In this document: positions 17,336-26,306 of the stretch, in pieces
How the letters are laid out: the number at the start of each line of letters is the position of its first letter
Position numbering within the stretch: the first letter of the stretch is position 1
NCBI GenBank assembly: GCA_035708905.1
Contig: DASTFE010000225.1
Span: forward strand, 1-46,977
Direction of reading: 5' to 3'
Source of the DNA: Acidimicrobiales bacterium
GTDB lineage: Bacteria; Actinomycetota; Acidimicrobiia; Acidimicrobiales; VFJN01
Length of the DNA stretch: 46,977 nucleotides
The notes under the pieces: generated by a model
Told to the model about the DNA's origin: nothing
Seen by the model: the letters and a program-made list of their open reading frames with translations, nothing else
Databases searched by the model: none
Position numbers and translations under genes: made by a program

Positions 17336-18117
17336 GCCCGCCGGCCGGTCGGCTGGCGGGCCGCACGGTCCTGGTCGTCGGCGCGGGCACCCGGTCCAGC
17401 GACGACGAGGACGCGCCCGTGGGCAACGGCCGGGCCATCGCGGTGACCGCGGCGCGCGCGGGCGCCGCGGTGGTGTGTGCCGACCGTGACGGCACGAGCG
17501 CCGAGGCGACCGCCGACCTCGTGCGGGCCGAGGGGGCGCCCGCCACGGTCGTGGTGGGCGACGTCGCCGACGAGGCCGACTGCTCGGCGATGGTGGCGGC
17601 CGCGGTCGAGGCCGGCGGTGGCGCCCTGCACGGCGTGGTCCTCAACGTCGGCATCGGTCGGGGCACGCGCCTGGCGGGCACGACCGCCACCGACTGGGAT
17701 CTGGTGCTCGCGGTCAACCTGCGCGGCCACTTCCTGGTCGCCCGCGAGGCGGCGCCCCACGTGCCCGAGGGCGGCGCGCTCGTGTTCGTCAGCTCGCTCG
17801 CCGGCCTGCAACCCGGCAGCCAGTCGCCGGCCTACGACGCCTCCAAGGCCGGCGTGATCGGGCTCAACCGCCACGTCGCGCTCGAGCTCGCCCGCCGTGG
17901 CGTGCGGTCGAACGTCGTCGCGCCGGGGTTGATCGACACCCCGATGGGCCGCAACGCCACCCGCGGGCGGCCGTCGCGGGGACGCACCCCCGTGCCCCTG
18001 GGTCGCCAGGGCTCGGGCTGGGAGGTGGCGGCGGCGACGTGCTTCCTGCTGTCGGACGAGGCGAGCTACATCACCGGCCACGTGCTGGCGGTCGACGGCG
18101 GGCTGAGCCTGATCTGA
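17332..18117 (+). CDS. Short-chain dehydrogenase/reductase (SDR)
   Basis: GTG 17332 overlaps the CMD stop (GTGA). VVGAGTRSS...GNGRAIA, LNVGIG, catalytic YDASKAG, and the C-terminal ITGHVLAVDGG. Confidence 0.88.
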   Translation: MSPPAGRLAGRTVLVVGAGTRSSDDEDAPVGNGRAIAVTAARAGAAVVCADRDGTSAEATADLVRAEGAPATVVVGDVADEADCSAMVAAAVEAGGGALHGVVLNVGIGRGTRLAGTTATDWDLVLAVNLRGHFLVAREAAPHVPEGGALVFVSSLAGLQPGSQSPAYDASKAGVIGLNRHVALELARRGVRSNVVAPGLIDTPMGRNATRGRPSRGRTPVPLGRQGSGWEVAAATCFLLSDEASYITGHVLAVDGGLSLI

Positions 18118-18126
18118 CCCGGGCGA

Positions 18127-18933
18127 TCACAGCACGGCGGCGCAGCCGACCCGGGGCGCCACCTCGGCGCCGAACAGCCGGAGCTGCTCGTACTGCTCGT
18201 GTGCGTCGCGGCTGCGGAACGCCACCTCGATCTGGTCGACGCCCAGTCCGGCGAGCACCCGCAGGAAGCTGGCGATCTGCTCGGGCGAGCCGTGCACGGC
18301 CCGACCGACGTCCCACCGGGGCTCGCCCACGTACAGCGGGCCGGACACCGCGCCCACGGTGAACGGCTCGTCGACCCGGCCGGCACGCTCGCGCAGCTCA
18401 CGCAGCCGGGCGATGCCGGCCGACATGCCGCCCTCGGGCGGGCCGGTGGACAGCCAGCCGTCGCCCACCTCGGCGGCGCGGCGCATGGCGGCAGGCGACG
18501 AGCCCTCGATCCAGATCGGCAGGCGGTGACCGTCCGGGTGCGGCCGGGCGGCCTCGGCGCGCACCGCGGCGAACCGCCGGTCGTCGAGGTCGGCCCCGCC
18601 CACGCCGAGGATGGCCCGGCCCCCCGACAGGGCGTCGAGCGTGGCCCACTGGCGGGCGATCATCCCGGGGTCGCAGCACGGCAGCACGTCGCCGAGGCCG
18701 AGCAGGCGGATCCTGCGGGTGGCCGCAGCCACGTACGACAGCGTGGCCACGGCGTCGTAGGAGACGGTGTCGCGGCCCGGGCCGGACGGCGCGGGCGGGG
18801 CGGAGCGATCGCGCACGGCGACGTAGGCGAAGCCGGCGTGCTCGGCGACCTGGGCGACCGACGCCGGGTCGTCGACCCCGGGCCGCACCTGGATGCCGAA
18901 CGACACCGGCGCCTCGGCGTCGCAGGTCCCCAA
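18127..18933 (-). CDS. LLM-class F420/flavin-dependent oxidoreductase
   Basis: 268 aa. TTG start with SD GGAGG 7 nt upstream. FGIQVRPG..., GRAILGVGG, IWIEGSSPAAMRRAAEVGDGW. Confidence 0.82.
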   Translation of the reverse strand: MGTCDAEAPVSFGIQVRPGVDDPASVAQVAEHAGFAYVAVRDRSAPPAPSGPGRDTVSYDAVATLSYVAAATRRIRLLGLGDVLPCCDPGMIARQWATLDALSGGRAILGVGGADLDDRRFAAVRAEAARPHPDGHRLPIWIEGSSPAAMRRAAEVGDGWLSTGPPEGGMSAGIARLRELRERAGRVDEPFTVGAVSGPLYVGEPRWDVGRAVHGSPEQIASFLRVLAGLGVDQIEVAFRSRDAHEQYEQLRLFGAEVAPRVGCAAVL

Positions 18934-19045
18934 CTCGTACCTCCTCGCTTCCCCAGCGGCAGCCCGACCGGACCGTAGTCCAGCACGTTCCGTACGGCAC
19001 GCGCTACCGGACCGCCGAGACGCGGCCGTCTACCGCGTCACCCGC

Positions 19046-19711
19046 TCACGGGGAGGGCGGGCGCTGGCCGGTGGTGCCCCAGTAGACCTGGCGGGCGACC
19101 GAGATGCGCACGTCGGCCGTGCGGATACCCCAGAACTCGAAGCCGAGGTGGTGGGCGGCCACGTTGGCCAGGGTGGTGACCAGCGTGCCGGCCTGCGCCA
19201 TGGGCTCGACACCCAGGTTCTTGCCCTCGGCCTGCAGGTCGCTGATGACCCGGGCCAGCTCGGTGGTCACGGCGTTGAGCAGCCGCACCCGGATGTTGCG
19301 GAAGCGCCGGTCGCCCTCGTCGGTGCTGAGATCGACCACGCGCAGCACAGGGCGGTGCTGGTCCCAGAACTCGAAGAAGGCGTCGGTCAGGTCGAGCGCC
19401 GTCTGGTAGCCGGCCCTGCCCTTCCAGTTGCCCTCGGCCACGAGCCGCACCAGGCGCTCGCCGTCGAGCGCCATCTCCTGGGCCAGCACGAGGATCGCGG
19501 CCTCGACGTCGGCGAAGTACTGGTAGAACGTCGCCGGCGAGGTGCCGGCCTCGCGGGCGATGTCGATGACCTTGATCGACCGGTAGGACGTCGTGCGGAG
19601 CATGGCCGCGGTGCACTCGAGCAGCCGCTGCCGCGTGGCCCGCCCCCGCCGCCCCGGCACCCGCCCGTCCGCCGCCCGCAGGTCTTCGGCCTGCTCCACC
19701 TGTTCAGCCAC
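19046..19711 (-). CDS. TetR-family transcriptional regulator
   Basis: 221 aa, GTG start. N-terminal HTH RQRLLECTAAMLRTTSYRSIKVIDIAREAGTSPATFYQYFADVEAA. It is the only DNA-binding regulator I can recognise in the window. Confidence 0.9.
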   Translation of the reverse strand: MAEQVEQAEDLRAADGRVPGRRGRATRQRLLECTAAMLRTTSYRSIKVIDIAREAGTSPATFYQYFADVEAAILVLAQEMALDGERLVRLVAEGNWKGRAGYQTALDLTDAFFEFWDQHRPVLRVVDLSTDEGDRRFRNIRVRLLNAVTTELARVISDLQAEGKNLGVEPMAQAGTLVTTLANVAAHHLGFEFWGIRTADVRISVARQVYWGTTGQRPPSP

Positions 19712-19728
19712 GGCCGACAGGCTAGTTG

Positions 19729-19749
19729 TCCCTGACGGACCATCAGGGA
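19729..19749. promoter_or_regulatory. Palindromic operator candidate upstream of the TetR gene (variant of the CTGAC-N5-GTCAG family)
   Basis: TCCCTGA-CGGACCA-TCAGGGA has a perfect 7-bp inverted repeat. Read in the family register it is CCCTGAC GGACC ATCAGGG. It lies 4 nt from a minus-strand TAGCCT (19719-19724), which is 7 nt from the TetR GTG. Confidence 0.6.
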
Positions 19750-20630
19750 GATGGCGGTGCGCCCAGCGGGGCGATGTACTGCTCGCCGAAGCGCTCGAGC
19801 GCCCGGATGTTGTCGTCGAGGGAGGCGAACTGCAGGCCGGCCATCATCCACGCCGAGGTGACCAGCGTGGTGACACCCACCTCGGCAAGCTCGGCGCACA
19901 CGTCCGGCGTGGGGGCCCGGTCGACCACCGACGCCTGGATCTCGAAGGGGCGGTCGGCCGTGCCGTGCTCGCGGCGATAGGCCTGCAGGCGCTCGACGAT
20001 CGCCTTCAGCTCGTCGACGCCGTAGTACACGCCCATCCAGCCGTCGCCGATGCGGGCGGCCCGGCGCAGCGCCGTGTCGCTGTGCCCGCCGACCAGGATG
20101 GGCACCGGCGCGGGTGGGGTCGGCGACATCTCGAGCCGGTCGAAGTCGTAGAACTCGCCGTGGTGCTCGACCATGCCGCCCCGCCACAGGGTGCGCAGCA
20201 CCGCGATCTGCTCCTCCATGCGGGCGCCCCGGCGCTCGAAGGCCTGCTCGAGCTGGACGAACTCCTCACGCATCCAGCCGGCGCCCACCCCCAGCAGCAC
20301 CCGGCCGCCGGAGAGGTGGGCGGCCGTGCCGACGGCCTTGGCCACGACGAACGGGTTGCGGGCCGGCAGCACGTAGACGTGGGTCGAGAACGTGATGCGC
20401 TCGGTGACGGCCGCCAGCGCCCCCGTCATGACCCACACGTCGGGCCACGGCGTCTCGGGCGGGAAGATGGGCTCGCCGGTGGCCGAGTAGGGGTACGACG
20501 AGTCGAGCTTGGCCGGGTAGAAGACGTGGTCGGAGAGCGACACCTGGGCGAACCCGGCCGCCTCGGCGACCTGCGTCAGCTCGACCCACTGGTCGGGCGA
20601 CGCGTACATCAGCGACTGGCAGAACCTCAC
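19743..20630 (-). CDS. LLM-class F420-dependent oxidoreductase
   Basis: 295 aa. MRFCQSLMY..., FSTHVYVLPARNP, GGRVLLGVGAGWMREEF, PILVGGHSDTALRRAARIGDGW. Its GTG start overlaps the upstream stop (GTGA). Confidence 0.88.
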   Translation of the reverse strand: MRFCQSLMYASPDQWVELTQVAEAAGFAQVSLSDHVFYPAKLDSSYPYSATGEPIFPPETPWPDVWVMTGALAAVTERITFSTHVYVLPARNPFVVAKAVGTAAHLSGGRVLLGVGAGWMREEFVQLEQAFERRGARMEEQIAVLRTLWRGGMVEHHGEFYDFDRLEMSPTPPAPVPILVGGHSDTALRRAARIGDGWMGVYYGVDELKAIVERLQAYRREHGTADRPFEIQASVVDRAPTPDVCAELAEVGVTTLVTSAWMMAGLQFASLDDNIRALERFGEQYIAPLGAPPSP

Positions 20631-21247
20631 GACGACCAGATCTTGACGAGCTCGTCGACCGTGGTGAGCGTGGCCAGCAGGCTGAGCGTGTGCTCGACGA
20701 CGGCCTCGGCGTAGTCGACGGGCACCCCGCAGACCGCGTCGCGGGGCAGCACCACCTGGTAGCCGCGGTTGACCGCGTCCATGACCAGGTTGGTGACGGC
20801 CACGTTGACCGACACGCCGGTGACGACGATCGTGCTCACCCCCAGGTTGCGCAGCACGGCGTCGAGGCCGGTGTCGGCCATGGGGTTGAGCCCGTGCGTG
20901 CGGCTGAGCACCACGTCGGTGGGGCCGACGCCCACCTCGTCGACCACCTGGGTGGCGTGCGACCCGGGCAGCAGCTTGACCGGCGACTTGGCCACGGCGT
21001 TGAACAGGCGGGCGTTGGTGTTGGCACCCTTGCCGTCGACGCGGCGTTCGAAGGTGCCGTGCACCACCTCGACGCCGGCGGCCCGGGCGGCCTTCACCAG
21101 GCGGCCCAGCGCCGGCAGCATCGTGCCGCGGGCCGCCTCGGCCAGCTCGGGCAGGGCGGCCTCGTCGCCGACGACGCCGTTCTGCACCTCGGACGTGACG
21201 ACGGCGGTGCGCCAGGTCGACACCAGCTCTGGTAGGTCGGCGGCCAT
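20627..21247 (-). CDS. Isochorismatase-family hydrolase
   Basis: 206 aa. Family fold signature TIVVTGVSVNVAVTNLVMDAVNRGY. The position of the nucleophilic Cys of cysteine hydrolases reads Ala (NVAV), as in isochorismatase-type rather than nicotinamidase-type members. Confidence 0.82.
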   Translation of the reverse strand: MAADLPELVSTWRTAVVTSEVQNGVVGDEAALPELAEAARGTMLPALGRLVKAARAAGVEVVHGTFERRVDGKGANTNARLFNAVAKSPVKLLPGSHATQVVDEVGVGPTDVVLSRTHGLNPMADTGLDAVLRNLGVSTIVVTGVSVNVAVTNLVMDAVNRGYQVVLPRDAVCGVPVDYAEAVVEHTLSLLATLTTVDELVKIWSS

Positions 21248-21333
21248 CGCGCCGACCCTAATGGACGTTCGCCACCTCGGCGGACGCGTGACGGCGGTGC
21301 GGGCGGCGCGGACGTTGGCCAGACTCGCGGACC

Positions 21334-22164
21334 ATGACGATGGAGCTGCGCGCCGTCCGCTACCAGGTCACCGACCGTGTCGCCACGGTCACGCTGGACC
21401 GCCCCCACCGCCTGAACGCCTGGACGGGGCGGATGCACACCGAGTACCGCTGGTGCCTGGCGCAGGCCGAGGCCGACCCCGAGGTCCGGGTGGTCGTGGT
21501 GACCGGCGCCGGCCGCGGCTTCTGCGCCGGTGCGGACGCCACGGCGCTCGAGCGCAACGTCGAGGCCGGCCGCTACGACGACGGCGTCCGCGAGCCTCTG
21601 GCCACACCCGGCTACGGCGTGCGGCGCGAGTTCGACCACGCCTTCGCGTTCCACTTCGGCATGGCCACGCCGGTCATCGCCGCGGTCAACGGGCCGGCGG
21701 CGGGCGTGGGGCTCGTGCTCGCCTGCTTCTGCGACCTGCGCTTCGCGGCGGCCGGAGCCAAGCTGACCACCGCGGCCCCGCGACTGGGGCTGCCGGCCGA
21801 GTTCGGGCTGTCGTGGGTGCTGCCCCGGCTCGTCGGCCTCGGCCACGCCGCCGACCTGCTGCTGTCGTCACGGGTGGTGCTGGCCGAGGAGGCGGCGACG
21901 ATGGGCCTGGTCAACCGGGTCCTGCCCGCCGACGAGCTGCTCGATCACACCTACGCGTATGCCGGGGCGCTGGCCGGCGAGGTGTCGCCGGCCTCGCTGC
22001 GAGAGACCAAGCGCCAGCTCTACGCCGACCAGCACGACGACGTCGGCACCGCCGTCGAGCGCTCGGTCGCCCTCACCGACGCCATGATGGGCGGCCCCGA
22101 CTACGCCGAAGGCGTGCGGGCGTGGCGCGAGCGGCGCCCGCCCGACTTCGGCGAGCCGGGGTGA
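21334..22164 (+). CDS. Enoyl-CoA hydratase/isomerase (crotonase) family
   Basis: 276 aa. VTLDRPHRLNAW, VVVTGAGRGFCAGADA (oxyanion hole), AAVNGPAAGVG. Confidence 0.9.
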   Translation: MTMELRAVRYQVTDRVATVTLDRPHRLNAWTGRMHTEYRWCLAQAEADPEVRVVVVTGAGRGFCAGADATALERNVEAGRYDDGVREPLATPGYGVRREFDHAFAFHFGMATPVIAAVNGPAAGVGLVLACFCDLRFAAAGAKLTTAAPRLGLPAEFGLSWVLPRLVGLGHAADLLLSSRVVLAEEAATMGLVNRVLPADELLDHTYAYAGALAGEVSPASLRETKRQLYADQHDDVGTAVERSVALTDAMMGGPDYAEGVRAWRERRPPDFGEPG

Positions 22165-22185
22165 CCGGTGCCGGGCGCGGGTGCG

Positions 22186-22692
22186 TCAGGGCCGGCCCGT
22201 GCGGCGGGTCGCGCCGCGGTCGTTGCGCACCAGCGGGTCGTCCTCCCACCGGCGACCGGCGGCGAGGCCGACGGCGAGCATGCCGGCGCCCAGGCCCAGG
22301 TGCAGCCAGTCGTCGGCCGCGTTCACCGGCACGAAGTTGGCGTCGGAGCCGCGGTCGACCACCATCCCGTACACGAACAGCGCCACGTAGATGGCGCCGC
22401 TCACCAGCAGGAAGAGCCGGGCCGTGGTCCACGTGCGAGCCGCCCACAGCCCGACCGCGCCGAACAGCAGGTGCACGATGTTGTGCAGCACCGACACCTG
22501 GAAGATGCCGAGCAGCTCGGCGTCCGAGTCGGTGCCGGCGAAGGCCAGGTCGTCGTAGTTGGTGGTGATCCCGGGGATGAACCCGAGGATGCCCACGAGC
22601 AGGAAGGCCGCACCGAAGCCGAGCGCTCCGAGCTGGGCCACGGATCGAACTCGGGACGGGCCGGCGTAGCCGCCGGCATGTGCAGTTGCCAC
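22186..22692 (-). CDS. DUF4383-like small membrane protein
   Basis: GTG start 7 nt after GGAGG. Four hydrophobic helices, LVGILGFIPGITT and VLHNIVHLLFGAVG. 168 aa. The rest of the 509-aa track ORF is an antisense artefact. Confidence 0.72.
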   Translation of the reverse strand: MATAHAGGYAGPSRVRSVAQLGALGFGAAFLLVGILGFIPGITTNYDDLAFAGTDSDAELLGIFQVSVLHNIVHLLFGAVGLWAARTWTTARLFLLVSGAIYVALFVYGMVVDRGSDANFVPVNAADDWLHLGLGAGMLAVGLAAGRRWEDDPLVRNDRGATRRTGRP

Positions 22693-22760
22693 GTCGGTAC
22701 CTCCACGTGATGGGGGGATCTCGGCCGGTCGATCCGGCCCCCCGCTGCTACCCGCCTGCC

Positions 22761-22774
22761 CTGCGTCGACGCAG
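22761..22774. promoter_or_regulatory. Perfect 14-bp palindrome upstream of the VOC gene (operator candidate)
   Basis: CTGCGTCGACGCAG lies 8 nt upstream of TACGGT (22783-22788), which is exactly 6 nt before ATG 22795. Confidence 0.4.
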
Positions 22775-22794
22775 GAAATGGGTACGGTCGCCGC

Positions 22795-23541
22795 ATGCCG
22801 ACCCACCTGCACTCGGTCGTGTTCGACGCCGCCGACCCGCCGGGGCTGGCCCGGTTCTGGGCGGCGCTGACCGGCTGGACCGTCAGCCACGAGGGTCCCG
22901 ACGAGGTGGTGGTCGGGCCGTCCGCCGGGGCCGGCCTGCCGCTCGTGTTCGTCCCTGTCGACGACCCCAAGGTGGTCAAGAACCGGGTGCACATCGATCT
23001 CGACAGCCGCTCGGCCGACGACCAGGCCGCCCTCGTCGACCTCGCGCTGGGGGCCGGGGCGACGCGGGCCGACATCGGCCAGGGCGCCACGCCCTGGGTG
23101 GTGCTGGCCGACCCGGAGGGCAACGAGCTGTGCGTCCTCGACCCCCGACCCGACTACGCCGAGGCCGGTGCGATCGCCGCGATCGTGCTGGACACGCCCG
23201 ACCCGGGCGCTCTGGCGCCGTTCTGGGCCGCGGCCACGGGGTACGCCGTCGAGACCCAGCCCGACGGCGACGTCCGGCTGGTCCCGCCCGGGGGCCGCGG
23301 CCCGCGGCTCGAGCTGCTGAGGAACGACGACCCCAAGGTGGCGAAGAACCGGGTGCACCTGGACGTCGCGCCCGGCGCCGCCGACGACCACGGCGCGGAG
23401 GTCGAACGCCTGCGGGCCCTCGGCGCCACCGACGCCGACGTCGGCCAGGGCCGGCGTCCGTGGACGGTGCTCGCCGACCCGCACGGCAACGAGCTGTGCG
23501 TGCTCGGCCCTCGTGACCGAACCGACGCCCGTGTAATCTGA
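22795..23541 (+). CDS. Tandem VOC (glyoxalase/bleomycin-resistance/dioxygenase) domain protein
   Basis: 248 aa made of two homologous halves (FWAALTGW...KNRVHIDL...PWVVLADPEGNELCVL and FWAAATGY...KNRVHLDV...PWTVLADPHGNELCVL). Confidence 0.85.
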   Translation: MPTHLHSVVFDAADPPGLARFWAALTGWTVSHEGPDEVVVGPSAGAGLPLVFVPVDDPKVVKNRVHIDLDSRSADDQAALVDLALGAGATRADIGQGATPWVVLADPEGNELCVLDPRPDYAEAGAIAAIVLDTPDPGALAPFWAAATGYAVETQPDGDVRLVPPGGRGPRLELLRNDDPKVAKNRVHLDVAPGAADDHGAEVERLRALGATDADVGQGRRPWTVLADPHGNELCVLGPRDRTDARVI

Positions 23542-23555
23542 CACGGCGTCAGATT
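23535..23555. promoter_or_regulatory. Palindromic operator candidate, family ATCTGAC-N5-GTCAGAT (site B)
   Basis: AATCTGAC ACGGC GTCAGATT has perfect 8-bp arms. It overlaps a -10-like TAATCT and the VOC stop codon. SD GGGAG and ATG 23576 follow. Confidence 0.65.
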
Positions 23556-23575
23556 CGTTCGCCCCGGGAGCCTCC

Positions 23576-24778
23576 ATGCCTGCCACCGTCGAGATCCCCA
23601 AGATCATCAGCGTCGACGACCACGTGGTCGAGCCGGCCCACGTGTGGCAGACGTGGCTGCCCGCCGCCTTCCGCGACCGCGGGCCCCGCGTCGAGCGGCG
23701 CGGCGTGGGGGGCATGCGCCACGTCGGCGGCGGCCACTACGAGCAGGCCTTCGACGACGACGCGCCCGACAAGGCCGACTGCTGGGTGTTCGAGGACGTC
23801 GTCTACGTCCACAAGCGGCACGTGGCGGCCGTGGGCTACCCCCGCGACCAGATGACCATGACGCCCATGACCTACGACGAGATGCGGCCCGGCTGCTACG
23901 ACCCCCGGGCACGGGTCGAGGACATGGAGCTGAACCACGTCGAGGCCTCGCTCTGCTTCCCGACCTTCCCCCGCTTCTGCGGGCAGACGTTCACCGAGGC
24001 CACCGATCGCGAGCTCGGCCTGGCGTGCGTGCGGGCCTACAACGACTGGATGGTCGAGGAGTGGTGCGGCGACTCGGGCGGCCGCCTGATCCCGCTGATC
24101 ATCGTGCCGCTCTGGGACGCCGAGCTGGCCGCCGCCGAGGTCCGTCGCAACGCCGCCCGGGGGGTGCACGCCGTCTGCTTCAGCGAGATCCCGGTCCACC
24201 TGGGGCTGCCCTCGATCCACTCGGGTTCCTGGGACCCCTTCTTCGCGGCCTGCCAGGAGACGCGGACCACGATCAACATGCACATCGGCTCGTCGTCGCG
24301 CATGCCGGCCACGTCACCCGACGCGCCCACCGGGGTGGCGGCCACGCTCAGCTTCAACAACGCCATGGCCTCGATGAGCGACTGGCTGTTCTCGGGCAAG
24401 CTGGTGCAGTTCCCCGAGCTGACGCTCGCCTACAGCGAGGGCCAGATCGGCTGGATCCCCTACATCCTCGAGCGGGCCGACACCGTGTGGGAGGAGCACC
24501 GGGCCTGGGCCCGCACCAAGGACCTGGTGCCCGAGCCGCCGTCGACCTACTACTACCGGCAGATCTACGGCTGCTTCTTCCGCGACCGCCACGGCATCGA
24601 GGCGATCGACGTCGTGGGCCCCGACAACGTGACCTTCGAGACCGACTACCCCCACACCGACTCGACCTGGCCCGACACGAAGAAGGTGGCCGAGGAGCTC
24701 ATGGCCGGCGTGCCCCAGGACGTCGTCGACAAGGTGATGCGCACCAACGCGGCCCGCATGCTGCACCTCGACCTCTGA
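23576..24778 (+). CDS. Amidohydrolase-2 family metal-dependent hydrolase (paralogue of 11350-12585)
   Basis: 400 aa. IPKIISVDDHVVEPAHVW, NHVEASLCFP, YNDWMVEEW, MHIGSSS, ETDYPHTDS. Collinear with the first paralogue. Confidence 0.9.
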   Translation: MPATVEIPKIISVDDHVVEPAHVWQTWLPAAFRDRGPRVERRGVGGMRHVGGGHYEQAFDDDAPDKADCWVFEDVVYVHKRHVAAVGYPRDQMTMTPMTYDEMRPGCYDPRARVEDMELNHVEASLCFPTFPRFCGQTFTEATDRELGLACVRAYNDWMVEEWCGDSGGRLIPLIIVPLWDAELAAAEVRRNAARGVHAVCFSEIPVHLGLPSIHSGSWDPFFAACQETRTTINMHIGSSSRMPATSPDAPTGVAATLSFNNAMASMSDWLFSGKLVQFPELTLAYSEGQIGWIPYILERADTVWEEHRAWARTKDLVPEPPSTYYYRQIYGCFFRDRHGIEAIDVVGPDNVTFETDYPHTDSTWPDTKKVAEELMAGVPQDVVDKVMRTNAARMLHLDL

Positions 24779-24815
24779 GCGCCCATGGACCTGACACCGA
24801 AGGTGCGCTGAGCCG

Positions 24816-26306
24816 GTGGTGCTGGCCGCCACGGTCCGCGAGGCCGCCCGCCGCTTCCACGACCTGCCGGCGCTCGTCGACCCCGACGGCTGGCCGGTCG
24901 GCTACGCCGACCTCGACCGCCGTTCCGACGCGGTGGCCGCCGCGCTGGCGGCCCGGGGGGTGGGCGAGGGCGACCGGATCGTGCTGCGGGTCCCGTCCGA
25001 CAGCGGCTACGTCGTCGCCTACGTCGCCGCGGCCAAGCTGGGCGCCGTCACCGCCGGCATCAACCCCCGGCTGGCGCCCCCCGAGCAGCAGGCGCTGGTC
25101 GAGCTGGCCGACGCCGCCGTCGTGCTTGCCGAGGCCGGCGAGGTGGCCGAGCTCGAGGCCGCCGGGCGGGCCGCCGTCGAGCGGGACGGGCCCCCGCCGC
25201 CGCTGCCCGCCGATCCCGACCGTCCGGTGGCCATCGTGTTCACGTCGGGCACGACCGGGCTGCCCAAGGGCGCCGTGTTCTGCGAGCGCCAGCTCGAGGC
25301 CGTGGCGGGGACCGACACGGGCGGGGCGTGGGCGCCGGTGGGCCGGCCAGGACCGGCGATGCTGGCCTCGACGCAGTTCGCCCACGTCGGCTTCACCACC
25401 AAGCTGCCGTGGTACCTGCGGCTGGCGACGCGGACCCACATCCTCGGCCGGTGGCGGGCCGACGACGCCCTGCGCACCATCGCCGAGCAGCGCATGCCCT
25501 CGATCGGCGGGGTGGCGCCGCAGCTCGCCCTGATGGTGCGCTCGCCCGAGGTCGCCCGCCACGACTGGGACCACGTGAAGACCGTGGTGGTCGGCGGCGC
25601 CGCCTCACCCCCCGCCCTGGTGGCGGCCGTGCGCGAGCGCTTCGGTGCCGCCTACTCGATCCGCTACTCGTCCACCGAGTCGGGCGGCTGCGGCACCGGC
25701 ACCGCCTTCGACGCCGACGCCGACGAGGCCCTGCACACCGTCGGGCGCCCCCGCCCGGGCGTCGAGATGGCGGTGCGAGACGACGGCGGCGCCGAGGTCG
25801 CCGCCGGCGAGGTGGGCGAGCTGTGGCTGCGCTCGCCCACCCAGATGTCGGGCTACTGGCGCGATCCCGAGGGCACGGCCGCCGCCATCGTCGACGGCTG
25901 GCTGCGCACCGGCGACCTGGCCCGCGTCGACGAGCGGGGGCTGCTGCGCTTGGCGGGGCGGGTCAGGGAGATGTTCATCCGGGGTGGCTACAACGTGTAC
26001 CCGGCCGAGGTCGAGGCCGCGCTCGCCGCCCACCCGGCCGTGGCCGAGGTGGCGGTGGTGCCCCGGCCCGACCCGGTGATGGGCGAGATCGGGGTGGCCG
26101 TCGTGGCCCCGGCCGCGGATCGCCCGGCACCGACGCTCGAGGAGCTGGGCGCCTTCCTCGCCGGGAGGGTGGCGGCCTACAAGATCCCCGAGGACCTGCG
26201 CATCGTCCCCGAGCTGCCGCTCACGCCCATGCAGAAGGTCGATCGCCGCTCGCTGGCGGCCGACGAGGCATCCCGGCAGACGCCGCCGCGCGACCGGGCG
26301 TCATGA
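24816..26306 (+). CDS. Acyl-CoA synthetase / AMP-dependent ligase
   Basis: 496 aa, GTG start. IVFTSGTTGLPKGA, YSSTESGG, TGDLARVDERGLLRLAGR, GGYNVYPAEVE, and the terminal TPMQKVDRR lysine. Confidence 0.9.
   Translation: MVLAATVREAARRFHDLPALVDPDGWPVGYADLDRRSDAVAAALAARGVGEGDRIVLRVPSDSGYVVAYVAAAKLGAVTAGINPRLAPPEQQALVELADAAVVLAEAGEVAELEAAGRAAVERDGPPPPLPADPDRPVAIVFTSGTTGLPKGAVFCERQLEAVAGTDTGGAWAPVGRPGPAMLASTQFAHVGFTTKLPWYLRLATRTHILGRWRADDALRTIAEQRMPSIGGVAPQLALMVRSPEVARHDWDHVKTVVVGGAASPPALVAAVRERFGAAYSIRYSSTESGGCGTGTAFDADADEALHTVGRPRPGVEMAVRDDGGAEVAAGEVGELWLRSPTQMSGYWRDPEGTAAAIVDGWLRTGDLARVDERGLLRLAGRVREMFIRGGYNVYPAEVEAALAAHPAVAEVAVVPRPDPVMGEIGVAVVAPAADRPAPTLEELGAFLAGRVAAYKIPEDLRIVPELPLTPMQKVDRRSLAADEASRQTPPRDRAS

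Noticed and set aside
18104-18126. GATCTGAC at the convergent SDR/LLM junction, and ATCTGATCGCTGTTCAG at 302-318, as operator copies
   Set aside because: Only one arm matches and there is no GTCAG partner. Both lie between convergent stop codons, where a promoter operator makes no sense.
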